Source: Porticoccaceae bacterium
Lineage (GTDB): Bacteria > Pseudomonadota > Gammaproteobacteria > Pseudomonadales > Porticoccaceae
Assembly: GCA_029252555.1 (NCBI GenBank)
Contig: JAQXBF010000005.1
Span: 114,460-178,459, forward strand
Direction of reading: 5' to 3'
DNA length: 64,000 bases
Of this stretch, positions 30,867 through 40,190 are shown in pieces (the first letter of the stretch is position 1; each line of letters opens with the position of its first letter). Position numbers and translations under genes: made by a program. The notes beneath the pieces were generated by a model. The model searched no databases. It was not told where the DNA came from and saw nothing but the letters and a program-made list of their open reading frames with translations.

Positions 30867-32147
30867 ATGGTTCGTTTTTACGGTTCTATGGCCCTTTTAG
30901 TGCTGTGTCTAACTGGGTGCGTAGATAAATCTCGCGACATTGCCTCGCCGGTAGCGGCTAGCGGAGGTGGTGGCAGTACCGGCTCAACAAACACGTCTAT
31001 TACTGGCACAGAGCAAGCCTTTGATCGCGCCGCTCTGATGACTAATCTGGTCGATTCTATTTTTATCCCGAATTATGAGGCAACTGCGACACTGGCTGAT
31101 TCATTTTCTGCAGGCTCTGGTTCTCTCGCCACCTATTGTGATTCTATAGGTACTGCCGATGAAGCCGTGAGCCTCACAGCTGCGCAAACTGGTTGGTTGG
31201 CATTGATGGATGCGGTACAAAAAACTGAGATGCATGTTATTGGCCCTGCATTGCGTAACGATGAGGCATTGCATAACCGAGTTCACTCTTATGCCGCTGG
31301 TAGCCTAGCGACATGTGCGCTTGACCAGGCTGTTATCGAAGCCTCCAGCACCAACTTCCAAGTTGCTAGCCGCGCATTTAATCAGCGGGGCATGGGCGCT
31401 CTCGAGTATCTTTTGTTTAACAGCAACCTCGACCACTCTTGCTCTAGTCAAATTCAGGCAACTACTACTTGGAATGATCTGGCGGAGTCCGATCGAAAAG
31501 CTCAACGTTGCGAGCTCGCAGAAAAATTAGCTTCAGATGTGGCCGTGGCATCCAATCTAATCTATAGCCAATGGACGGAAGGAGAGACGCCATACCGAGC
31601 AGAATTCTTAAATGAAGATAGCCAAGGGGAAAACTTCCAGTTGATAACCGATGGCATTTTTTATCTGGAAACATTCACCAAGTCTCAAAAGCTAACGATT
31701 CCACTGGGTCTTGATGACAAATGCAGTTCGCTGACTTGCCCCAGCTTAATCGAATCGCCTTACAGCAAAACCTCATTGCGCAATATTAGAACCAATGCCG
31801 CTGAGTTTTTAACCATCTTCAATGGTGGAGAGGGCCTGGGTTTTGATGACCTGATCAATAACGAAGACTTCGCCGAGATTACTTCGCGCTTCCAGGGTCA
31901 GCTGAGCCTGGTGGACAGCAAGATTGCTGGGATGTCTGGCACGCTCAGTGATCAACTCACTTTGGTCGAAGCCGATGCGAATGATCCAGCCTGCATCAAT
32001 GCGTTTGCCAATCCAGACGATGAGAGTGCTATCCCTGTGTGCAGTCTAGCGGGTTCACTAAAGCGAGTAACGGATGATCTTAAAATTGAATTTGTGACTA
32101 TAGTTGGTGTTGCGATTCCAGGAAGGGTGCAGTCTGATAATGACTAA
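30867..32147 (+). CDS. Imelysin-like (peptidase M75/IrpA-type) lipoprotein
   Basis: Lipobox LTGC, Ser/Gly/Thr linker, FIPNYE, RGMGALEYLLF, KLTIPLG, ESPYSKTSLRNIRTN, C-terminal SDND. Confidence 0.8.
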   Translation: MVRFYGSMALLVLCLTGCVDKSRDIASPVAASGGGGSTGSTNTSITGTEQAFDRAALMTNLVDSIFIPNYEATATLADSFSAGSGSLATYCDSIGTADEAVSLTAAQTGWLALMDAVQKTEMHVIGPALRNDEALHNRVHSYAAGSLATCALDQAVIEASSTNFQVASRAFNQRGMGALEYLLFNSNLDHSCSSQIQATTTWNDLAESDRKAQRCELAEKLASDVAVASNLIYSQWTEGETPYRAEFLNEDSQGENFQLITDGIFYLETFTKSQKLTIPLGLDDKCSSLTCPSLIESPYSKTSLRNIRTNAAEFLTIFNGGEGLGFDDLINNEDFAEITSRFQGQLSLVDSKIAGMSGTLSDQLTLVEADANDPACINAFANPDDESAIPVCSLAGSLKRVTDDLKIEFVTIVGVAIPGRVQSDND

Positions 32148-34308
32148 AGCGAATCAAACAATCTGGATGTCTGTCTTTTTACTGATGGCATCCAATGCAA
32201 CAGCTCTTGATATTAAAGCTCCTACCATTGAAGAAGTTTTAATTATAGGCAGTAAGGAAGATAAGTCGAAGCTGGCAGGCTCCGGCATCCAGATAGGGCA
32301 GGAGCTGATCGAAAAGCAAGGGTACACTGATCTCAACCAAGTCATCAGTATGGCTCCAGGAGTGTATGTCCGAGAGGAAGATGGATACGGGCTACGCCCA
32401 AATATTGGTATCAGGGGCGCCACTGCAGAGCGCAGCCAAAAAATCACTATTATGGAAGATGGGGTATTGATTGCACCTGCACCTTATTCTGCTCCAGCCG
32501 CTTACTACATCACCAATGCAGCGAGACTCCATGCATTAGAGGTTCTTAAAGGGCCAGCTTCGATTCAGTTTGGCCCCCATACTGTAGGTGGCGCTGTTAA
32601 TCTGGTTACCAGGCCTGCGTCTTGGCAGAGTTTTGCTGAACTCCATTACACAGCAGGCACAGATGATTTCCAGAAACTGTCGGCAACCAGTGAATTTGTT
32701 AGCGACAATGTCAGCTATATGTTCGACGCCATGCACTACTCCAGTGATGGTTTCAAAAAACTTGAGAACGGTGCTGATACCGGCTTTGTGCGCAATGACT
32801 TCAATGTCAAAGTGCACTGGCGGCCAGAAACTCAGTTGAATCAATCCGTGGTGCTCAAAATAGGCTATGCGGATGAAGATTCAAATGAGACCTACCTGGG
32901 GTTGACGGATAACGATTTTAATCAGAATCCAACGCTGCGTTACCCTGCATCTCAATTAGATCAATTTGTGTCTGACCACAGCCAGATTCACTTGAATCAT
33001 AAAATTGATTTGGACAATAGCCTGCAGCTCAGCACCAAAATTTACTTCAATGAGTTTAACCGCTCCTGGAATAAATTTGACGGCTTTATCGATGGGCCAA
33101 ATGGGAAGCTAGTGCTCAGTGCGCCAAGTCAGTATCTCTCTGCTTATGAGGTTTTGGCAGGCATTACAGATAGCGCATCAGTCGGGCTCACCGTTGATGT
33201 GACAGACAATGATCGAGCTTACAGCTCTGAGGGTGTTCAGTTTGATCTCTCTAAGCAACTTAGCTTTGGCAGTTTTGAACATAAATTCGATCTAGGTGTC
33301 CGCTACCACCATGATGAGGTGGAACGAAACCATCAGCAGCGCAGTTATCTAATGACATCTGCTCAGCTAGTCAGCGATGGTATTGCTCGGCCAGCAAAGG
33401 TTATTAATTACGCCGAGACTGATGCGATTGCGCTTTACCTTCAGGATGAAATTACCAAAGGAGATTTCACACTCAGCCTGGGTGTTCGATATGAGGATAT
33501 TCAGGGCAGTGTCGACAATAAGCAGACAGACTCACTGTCATCGAACAATCAATCTATTTTAGCCCCTGGTGCCGGTGTTCATTATCAGCTAACTGAAAAT
33601 ATCGGCTTGCTAGCTGGGGTCTATGTTGGATTTTCTCCCGCAGGGCCCGGTAAATCTTCAGCTGAAGCCGAGGAGAGTCTCAATTTTGAGTATGGTATTC
33701 GCTATGAGGCCAACAGCTACTCCGCAGAGATAATTGGCTTTTTCAGTGACTATGACAATCTACTGGGCCGCTGTAGGGCATCAGATGCTAACTGCGCCGT
33801 CGGTGAAGAGTTTAATGGTGGCCATGTAGAGATAGGCGGCGTCGAACTCAATGGTAACTTTGAGTTGTCGCTGACCGAATCTATTTCTCTGAATTCACAG
33901 TTAAATTTCACCTACACGGAGACTGCCTTCCAGAAGTCGTTCCTGTCACAATTTTCCCAGTGGGAGCTAGTAAAAAAAGGTGACGAGCTCCCCTATGTCC
34001 CTGAGTATGTGGGGCGCTGGCAGGTGGGTTTTGGCAACAGCAACTGGGCTGTTGATGCTGCGGTTAAATACCAGCATGAGATGCGCGAGGTGCCGGGCGT
34101 TGGTGATCTTATCCCTGGCCAGCAAACAGAGAGTCTGGCGACCCTTGATCTTTCAGCAACCTGGTATGTCAGTGATAGCCTGAATTTAAAACTGATGGTT
34201 AGAAATGCGACAGATGAATCAGCGATTGTATCTCACCGGCCCTATGCGGCGCGGCCAAATTTACCTCGTATGGTTCTCGGTCAAATTAGGTATCGGTTTA
34301 ATCCCTAG
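32140..34308 (+). CDS. TonB-dependent receptor (FecA-like, Fe-type)
   Basis: Signal peptide, TonB box-like IEEVLIIG, PGVYVREEDGYGLRPNIGIRG, EVLKGPASIQFGPHTVGGAVN, terminal aromatic beta-strand; ATG 32140 overlaps the upstream stop (ORF track starts at 32104). Confidence 0.93.
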   Translation: MTKANQTIWMSVFLLMASNATALDIKAPTIEEVLIIGSKEDKSKLAGSGIQIGQELIEKQGYTDLNQVISMAPGVYVREEDGYGLRPNIGIRGATAERSQKITIMEDGVLIAPAPYSAPAAYYITNAARLHALEVLKGPASIQFGPHTVGGAVNLVTRPASWQSFAELHYTAGTDDFQKLSATSEFVSDNVSYMFDAMHYSSDGFKKLENGADTGFVRNDFNVKVHWRPETQLNQSVVLKIGYADEDSNETYLGLTDNDFNQNPTLRYPASQLDQFVSDHSQIHLNHKIDLDNSLQLSTKIYFNEFNRSWNKFDGFIDGPNGKLVLSAPSQYLSAYEVLAGITDSASVGLTVDVTDNDRAYSSEGVQFDLSKQLSFGSFEHKFDLGVRYHHDEVERNHQQRSYLMTSAQLVSDGIARPAKVINYAETDAIALYLQDEITKGDFTLSLGVRYEDIQGSVDNKQTDSLSSNNQSILAPGAGVHYQLTENIGLLAGVYVGFSPAGPGKSSAEAEESLNFEYGIRYEANSYSAEIIGFFSDYDNLLGRCRASDANCAVGEEFNGGHVEIGGVELNGNFELSLTESISLNSQLNFTYTETAFQKSFLSQFSQWELVKKGDELPYVPEYVGRWQVGFGNSNWAVDAAVKYQHEMREVPGVGDLIPGQQTESLATLDLSATWYVSDSLNLKLMVRNATDESAIVSHRPYAARPNLPRMVLGQIRYRFNP

Positions 34309-35186
34309 TGGAAACAGTACTGCTTGACTTACTCGCGACGCCGGCAGAATTTTTACTCGATTCTGCCAAGCGTGTATATTGGTTATATTTATTAAGTGCT
34401 CTTTTGATAGCCTCCTATGTGGTTGCGCGGCAATCAAGTGGGCTGCAACCACTGGTGCAACTAAAGAGCCTTTTTAATCCTGGATACTGGTTCTCTAAAT
34501 CCACTTCCTTGGATTACTTCCTCATGTTTTTTAATAACGGCATGAGGGTTCTGCTGCTAGTACCTTTATTTGGTAGCCACCTGGCACTCACGATTCTAGT
34601 GGGTTCATTTCTCCAAGACAGTTTGGGTGACGCCCCTGATCTGGCCGTGAGTTGGTTTTTTATTGCTTTGCTGTTCAGCACTGTTTTCTTCCTTGTCGAG
34701 GACCTGAGTCGCTTTCTTCTCCATTACTGTATGCATCGTTTTGATTTCTTGTGGCGCTTCCATAAGACTCATCACAGTGCCACGGTTTTAACACCGTTTA
34801 CCCTGTTTAGAGTGCATCCGATTGAGCATATCCTTTACTTTACCCGCGGCCTTCTGGTCTTTGGTGTGGTTAGCGGTCTGTTTATCTGGCTATTTTCTGG
34901 CAAGCTCACTGGCTTGCAGGTACTCGGTGTTGATGTCTTTGGCTTTGCGTTCAACATGCTTGCGGCGAACCTCCGGCATTCTCATATATGGATATCTTTT
35001 GGTAAATTCGAACGTGTCTTTATTAGCCCAGCTCAGCACCAACTGCACCATAGCAAAGAGCATAAATTCGCTAATCTTGGAAGTGTTCTTTCGATTTGGG
35101 ACGCCTGGCTGGGAACTAGAACCTATTCTGTAAAAAGAGAGACTTTACAGTTTGGGCTCAAAGATCAGCCGGCACAAAATTCTTAG
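34308..35186 (+). CDS. Sterol desaturase/fatty acid hydroxylase family membrane di-iron protein
   Basis: His boxes LHYCMH, FHKTHH, VHPIEH, RHSH, HQLHH; TM segments; GTG start overlaps the TBDR stop. Confidence 0.88.
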   Translation: METVLLDLLATPAEFLLDSAKRVYWLYLLSALLIASYVVARQSSGLQPLVQLKSLFNPGYWFSKSTSLDYFLMFFNNGMRVLLLVPLFGSHLALTILVGSFLQDSLGDAPDLAVSWFFIALLFSTVFFLVEDLSRFLLHYCMHRFDFLWRFHKTHHSATVLTPFTLFRVHPIEHILYFTRGLLVFGVVSGLFIWLFSGKLTGLQVLGVDVFGFAFNMLAANLRHSHIWISFGKFERVFISPAQHQLHHSKEHKFANLGSVLSIWDAWLGTRTYSVKRETLQFGLKDQPAQNS

Positions 35187-35219
35187 CATCGCTCTATGAC
35201 AACCATAAAAACATTCTAT
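35183..35219 (+). promoter_or_regulatory. Putative OxyR binding site upstream of the peroxiredoxin gene
   Basis: TTAG-N7-CTAT-N7-ATAA-N7-CTAT versus consensus ATAG-N7-CTAT-N7-ATAG-N7-CTAT (14/16, exact spacing). Confidence 0.75.
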
Positions 35220-35308
35220 TGGTATCGATATTTGCGTTGTGTGAAGATTCGCGGCTTCAAAATTTAGTAAACCTCACTTAGCTTTAATTAATCACACAGG
35301 AGTAATAC

Positions 35309-35914
35309 ATGGGTGTTTTAGTTGGACGGTCAGCACCTGACTTTACCGCAGCAGCAGTCACCGGCAGCGGAGAAATTGTAGATAGTTTTAACCTTAGCAA
35401 CGCGATCAAGGGAAAGAAAGCCGTTATTTTCTTTTACCCTCTGGACTTTACCTTTGTTTGTCCTTCCGAGCTGATCGCCTTTGATCATCGCTATGAAGAA
35501 TTTCAAAAGCGTGGTGTAGAAGTCATTGGTGTCTCAATTGATTCCCAGTTCTCTCACAATGCATGGCGCAATACCGCAATCAATGATGGTGGTATTGGCG
35601 CAGTACGGTACACATTGGTTGCCGATGTTAAGCATGAAATCTGTCAGGCCTATGATGTAGAACACCCCGCCGATGGCGTTGCTTTCCGGGGTTCTTTCTT
35701 GATTGACGAGCAGGGTATGGTGCGTCATCAGGTGGTTAACGATTTGCCGCTGGGTCGTAATGTGGATGAGATGCTGCGTATGGTTGATGCTCTTAGCTTC
35801 CACGAAGAGCACGGCGAAGTTTGCCCAGCGGGATGGAATGTTGGCGATAAAGGGATGAAAGATACTACAGTCGGTGTTGCTGAATATCTGTCGGAGAACG
35901 CCGGTGCCCTATAA
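35309..35914 (+). CDS. 2-Cys peroxiredoxin (AhpC/TsaA family)
   Basis: FYPLDFTFVCPSE, GEVCPAGW. Confidence 0.96.
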   Translation: MGVLVGRSAPDFTAAAVTGSGEIVDSFNLSNAIKGKKAVIFFYPLDFTFVCPSELIAFDHRYEEFQKRGVEVIGVSIDSQFSHNAWRNTAINDGGIGAVRYTLVADVKHEICQAYDVEHPADGVAFRGSFLIDEQGMVRHQVVNDLPLGRNVDEMLRMVDALSFHEEHGEVCPAGWNVGDKGMKDTTVGVAEYLSENAGAL

Positions 35915-35952
35915 GGGTAGCTGCGCTTCAACAGACTGAAGCAAAAATGATT

Positions 35953-35982
35953 AACCCCGCGCTTAAAATCGCGGGTTTTTTT
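35953..35982 (+). terminator. Intrinsic terminator after the peroxiredoxin gene
   Basis: AACCCCGCG...CGCGGGTT followed by a T run. Confidence 0.75.
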
Positions 35983-36102
35983 AACCTCGAGAACAATTGG
36001 ATTTTTAACCAGCCATCAGTTATTGAGGAAGTCAGTCACATATTAGTCTTGCAGGGTTCGCTACCATAGCGCCTGTATTTTCTCATTCCCCAAGGACGAA
36101 TC

Positions 36103-36852
36103 ATGAAACTATTGCCAAAGCTGCTCAGTGCCACATTGTTACTTACTCCTCTCACCGCAACAGCTGACTTTATGTGGCTCTATACAGGGAGTGGCAGCTG
36201 GCAGGCAACGCCCGCGGGCAATGTGGGGCGCACAGATATAGCGTTGGATTCGACCCTTAACCTTGACCAAGAAGCCAACCAGTTTGCCTATATCGCGATA
36301 GAGCATCCTATTCCAGTGCTGCCCAATCTTCGAGTTCAGCACAGTGAGATGACTTGGACTGGCAATGCTTTAATCACGGCGGGCACAGATTTAAATGGGA
36401 CTCCATTTACCTCAACTCAGCAAGCCGATATTGCCTTGGATCTAACTCATACTGATGCCACTCTTTATTATGAGGTGTTTGATAATATTGTGAATCTCGA
36501 TCTTGGGATCACCGCAAGGCTCTTTGATGATGAAGCCAGCCTGATTGGCACGGAACAGCAGGAGAGCATGGATCTAGAGGCAAAGGTGCCACTGCTCTAG
36601 GGCAAGTTAGGTTTTTTAGTGCCCACAACGGCCCTCTCTGGAAATATTTCGGCCAACTGGATAAACGTCGATGAGTTTAGACTGGTAGATTGATCAGCAG
36701 AGCTTAGCTACGAGTTCGATCTTCTACCAGCAATGGATGCTGGGATTATTCTTGGTTACCGCTCCATGCTGATTGAATTAGATGATCTCGATGAACTGCA
36801 GTCGGATGCCACTTTTGATGGTTACTTTTTAGCCCTGCAGCTACATTTTTAA
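36103..36852 (+). pseudogene. Outer-membrane beta-barrel protein (TIGR04219-like) with two in-frame stops
   Basis: Signal peptide, YIAIEHPIPVLPNLRVQH, DATLYYEVFDN; TAG at 36598-36600 and TGA at 36691-36693; the same frame continues to GYRSM...FDGYFLALQLHF-TAA at 36852 (terminal Phe, typical of OMPs). Confidence 0.8.
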
Positions 36853-36860
36853 TCAAGCCC

Positions 36861-37412
36861 TTAAACCCTTTTACTTCGCCAGGGGCGAGAAATTTCCTCA
36901 TGTTTAACGGCATATTCGCCGGTCTGGCGATCCTTGAGGTAATGATCAAGGGCCAGCTCGACGACTGGAAAAGCTAATTCAGACCAGGGGATATCGGCCT
37001 CATCAAATAGCGCTACTTCAGAGGACTCTGAGCTGGGCCCAAATACGGGCTCAGCGAGATGGGCGCGATAGAAAACATAGACCTGATTAATCTGCGGTAT
37101 ATCAAACAACGCGTACAGTTCTGGGTTCACCACATGGGCGTTGGCTTCTTCGACGCATTCGCGCAGAGCACCATCCAGGGACGACTCTCCATTTTCCAGA
37201 AAGCCAGCGGGCAATGTCCAAAAACCGTGTCGTGGCTCAATGGAGCGTTTGCATAGCAGCACCTGGTTGCCAAAGATAGGCAGTACACCAGCGATGACCT
37301 TTGGGTTTACGTAATGGATAAAATCACAGGCAGTGCAGACATGGCGCTCCCGATTGTCACCCTCGGGTATTTTTTTTATAACGGCATTGCCGCAAACGGA
37401 ACAAAAATTCAT
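36861..37412 (-). CDS. NUDIX hydrolase with N-terminal zinc ribbon
   Basis: FCSVCG...CTACDFIHYVNPK; Nudix box GFLENGESSLDGALRECVEEA. Confidence 0.92.
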   Translation of the reverse strand: MNFCSVCGNAVIKKIPEGDNRERHVCTACDFIHYVNPKVIAGVLPIFGNQVLLCKRSIEPRHGFWTLPAGFLENGESSLDGALRECVEEANAHVVNPELYALFDIPQINQVYVFYRAHLAEPVFGPSSESSEVALFDEADIPWSELAFPVVELALDHYLKDRQTGEYAVKHEEISRPWRSKRV

Positions 37413-37453
37413 GAAAAGCTCAGAAAATTAACAGAGCCGAGTATAATGCACAA

Positions 37454-38086
37454 ATGCTTGAAACAATCAAAAACCAGCTAAAAAAATTCCCGCTCAACCC
37501 GGCTAAGCCTAGCCAACAAGACTCTGGTGCCACGGCTGCAGTTTTGGTGCTACTCCATGGTGCACAGGATAATCCTAAGGTGGTATTAACACAGCGCGCA
37601 ATGCATCTTAACAACCATGCTGGGGAAGTGGCCTTTCCCGGAGGCATGTGGGACCTCACAGATGAGAGCCTGCTGCATACTGCACTCCGGGAAACCCACG
37701 AAGAAATTGGCTTGTCCGCCGATCTGGTTGAGCCCATTGCGATGTTACCTGTGGCATCCCCTAAGCGGCGCACACTTCGCGTAACGCCATTTGTGGGTTT
37801 GGCTAATGGGCCACTAGAATTGCACTCTGAGCCCTCGGAAATCACCGCTATCTTCGATGCACCGGTTAGTTTATTTATCGACATCAATAATTATCAGTAT
37901 TTTGAAATGACAAATGAGCAGGGTGCTCTGCGTTTTCCCTTTCTTCCGTATAAGGGTTATAAAATATGGGGATTTACCTTAAAAGTGCTAGTCGATATGT
38001 TGAATACCACATTAGACGCAGGGGTTGATTTAAAATACCCCAGTGATGAATTAATTGAAGAGTTACGCTCAAGAGGGCAGCAATGA
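37454..38086 (+). CDS. CoA pyrophosphatase (NudL-like NUDIX)
   Basis: AAVLVLL, LTQRAMHLNNHAGEVAFPGG, TALRETHEEIGL, IWGFT. Confidence 0.9.
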   Translation: MLETIKNQLKKFPLNPAKPSQQDSGATAAVLVLLHGAQDNPKVVLTQRAMHLNNHAGEVAFPGGMWDLTDESLLHTALRETHEEIGLSADLVEPIAMLPVASPKRRTLRVTPFVGLANGPLELHSEPSEITAIFDAPVSLFIDINNYQYFEMTNEQGALRFPFLPYKGYKIWGFTLKVLVDMLNTTLDAGVDLKYPSDELIEELRSRGQQ

Positions 38087-38607
38087 TTTACCGAATTGGC
38101 AATGATATCCCCGAAATCCATGAGTCGGTCTTTATCGCCGAAAGTGCAGATGTAATGGGAAGAGTGGTGCTTAAGAAGGATGCCAGCGTGTGGTTTAACG
38201 TAGTTATTCGCGGTGACTGTGATCTTATAGAGGTGGGTGAGCGCAGCAATATTCAAGATGGAACTGTACTCCACTGTGATCCCGGCCAGCCCCTTATTAT
38301 CGGTGAAGACGTGACCGTGGGTCACAATGCCATGATTCATTGTTTGGAAATCGGTGACCGCACTCTGGTGGGTATTAATGCGGTGATTCTCGACGGTGCT
38401 AGGGTGGGTAAAGACTGTATTATTGGAGCTAATACCCTGGTGAAAGCCGGCGCGGTGATCCCCGATGGTTCACTGGTGGTGGGCTCTCCAGGCAAGGTGG
38501 TGCGCGAGAATGACGAGCAAACTCGGCAGTTCTTGTTGGGCTCGGCGGTCCACTACGTCGAGAAAGGTAAAAAAATGATGACCGATTTAGTCAAGGTAGT
38601 GCGCTGA
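38083..38607 (+). CDS. Gamma-carbonic anhydrase family protein
   Basis: SVWFNVVIRGD, SNIQDGTVLH, VTVGHNAMIH; hexapeptide repeats. Confidence 0.92.
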   Translation: MIYRIGNDIPEIHESVFIAESADVMGRVVLKKDASVWFNVVIRGDCDLIEVGERSNIQDGTVLHCDPGQPLIIGEDVTVGHNAMIHCLEIGDRTLVGINAVILDGARVGKDCIIGANTLVKAGAVIPDGSLVVGSPGKVVRENDEQTRQFLLGSAVHYVEKGKKMMTDLVKVVR

Positions 38608-38792
38608 TGTCAGAAAAGCCTGTCGCTTCCCCCTGTACCTCTATTTGCATGCTTAATGAGGAAGGGCTCTGCGCGGGTTGCTATCGTACGAGCGAAGAGA
38701 TTCGCGAGTGGAGTTCTCTGGATAATCATCAGCGTCTGGATGTGCTGATTCTCTGCGGTGAGCGCAGCCAGAAAAATAACCCGTTTTATTAA
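38607..38792 (+). CDS. DUF1289 family small protein
   Basis: SPCTSIC...LCAGCYRTSEEIREW. Confidence 0.85.
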   Translation: MSEKPVASPCTSICMLNEEGLCAGCYRTSEEIREWSSLDNHQRLDVLILCGERSQKNNPFY

Positions 38793-40070
38793 TTATTCTT
38801 CTGGTTTCTTCTTGGGCTTGAGGCACATCACGACCACCGTCTTGACCATGGTCTCATTGATCTGCTCGGTCTCAAATCTATAGCCATCGACCATAAAGCT
38901 AACATTGCCATCGGGAATGCTCTCGAGTTGCTCTAGGGCCACGCCATTGAGGGTTTTAGGGCCGTCCGTCGGAAGAGTCCAGCCGGTAGCTTTATTAATT
39001 TCTCGAATCGTAGCAACACCGTCAATAACATAGCTGCCATCGCCCCGGGGCACAACCTCCTCCACTTCGTCTGCAGTATTGGTGGTGAAATCGCCAACAA
39101 TCTCTTCAAGAATATCTTCTAAGGTCACCAAACCCTGTACCTCACCGTACTCGTCTACCACCACTGCAAAGCGATTGCGGTTCTGCTTAAAGTTAAGTAG
39201 CTGCTGAGTTAATGTGGTGCTCTCGGGAATAAAGTACACCTCTTCTGCAAAGCGCTTAATGGCACCGTGAGTCACCTGCTCAGAGCGCAGAAGATGATTG
39301 GCTTTGCGCACATGAAAGATGCCGATAATATTATTGATATCACCATCGTAGATAGGTTGTCTGGTGTATTCGGACGAGACAATGGTATTCATCAGCTCTT
39401 CGATACTGTCTTCAAGATTGAGGCCTTTGATCTCACTGCGGGGAATCATAATATCTTCCACAGTGACATTTTCGAGGTCGAGAATGCCTTTGAGCATGCC
39501 TTGATTACTGTCCGATAGCTTGTGCCCGGAGACATCCACAAGAGACTTGAGCTCTTCTGTGTCCAAGCCGTCGTCACGGTCTTTATTGGGGTCAAAGCCA
39601 AGAATAGAGATCACCGCATTGGTGAGCTTGTTCACCATCCACACTAGCGGGGTCAAAATCTGCAGTAGCGGTTTGAGAATATGGCTGGCTCTAAAGGCGA
39701 ACCATTCCGGATTTTGCGCAGCGATGGTTTTCGGTGTTACCTCAGAAAAGACCAGCACAGTGATAGTTAGAGATGCAGTGGCGACCCAGGGCGCAGCGGC
39801 TTCACCTACATAGAGTATCGCCAGCATATTGGCGATAATTGCCGCGAGAATGTTCACGGCATTGTTGCCGATTAGAATAAGGCCAATCAATCGGTCCGGT
39901 TTAGCCAGCAGTTTGGCCGCGCGCCGCGCGCCGGAACTCTTTTTGCGCTGATGACGCAAGCGATAGCGATTCAGAGACATCATGCCGGTTTCTGAGCCGG
40001 AGAAAAAAGCTGACACAATTAAAAGAACAACAAGTGTTGACCACAACACTATGGGGTGAGAACCGTCCAA
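38793..40070 (-). CDS. HlyC/CorC (CNNM) family transporter with CBS domains
   Basis: SAFFSGSETGMMSLNRYRL, ILIGNNAVNI, VEDIMIPR, VVDEYGEVQGLVTLEDILEEIVG. Confidence 0.93.
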   Translation of the reverse strand: MDGSHPIVLWSTLVVLLIVSAFFSGSETGMMSLNRYRLRHQRKKSSGARRAAKLLAKPDRLIGLILIGNNAVNILAAIIANMLAILYVGEAAAPWVATASLTITVLVFSEVTPKTIAAQNPEWFAFRASHILKPLLQILTPLVWMVNKLTNAVISILGFDPNKDRDDGLDTEELKSLVDVSGHKLSDSNQGMLKGILDLENVTVEDIMIPRSEIKGLNLEDSIEELMNTIVSSEYTRQPIYDGDINNIIGIFHVRKANHLLRSEQVTHGAIKRFAEEVYFIPESTTLTQQLLNFKQNRNRFAVVVDEYGEVQGLVTLEDILEEIVGDFTTNTADEVEEVVPRGDGSYVIDGVATIREINKATGWTLPTDGPKTLNGVALEQLESIPDGNVSFMVDGYRFETEQINETMVKTVVVMCLKPKKKPEE

Positions 40071-40154
40071 TGAATAAGGACCTCTGAAATTAAGGAAGAT
40101 TATGTTGAATTAGTTTGCCGCTTTTAGCAACCAGCTATTTACTATTAACTTTTT

Positions 40155-40190
40155 AGAGGCCCCTCTAGAGGGCCCTCTTAGGGGCCTTCT
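40155..40190. repeat. Three tandem near-palindromic 12-mers
   Basis: AGAGGCCCCTCT / AGAGGGCCCTCT / TAGGGGCCTTCT. Confidence 0.7.
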
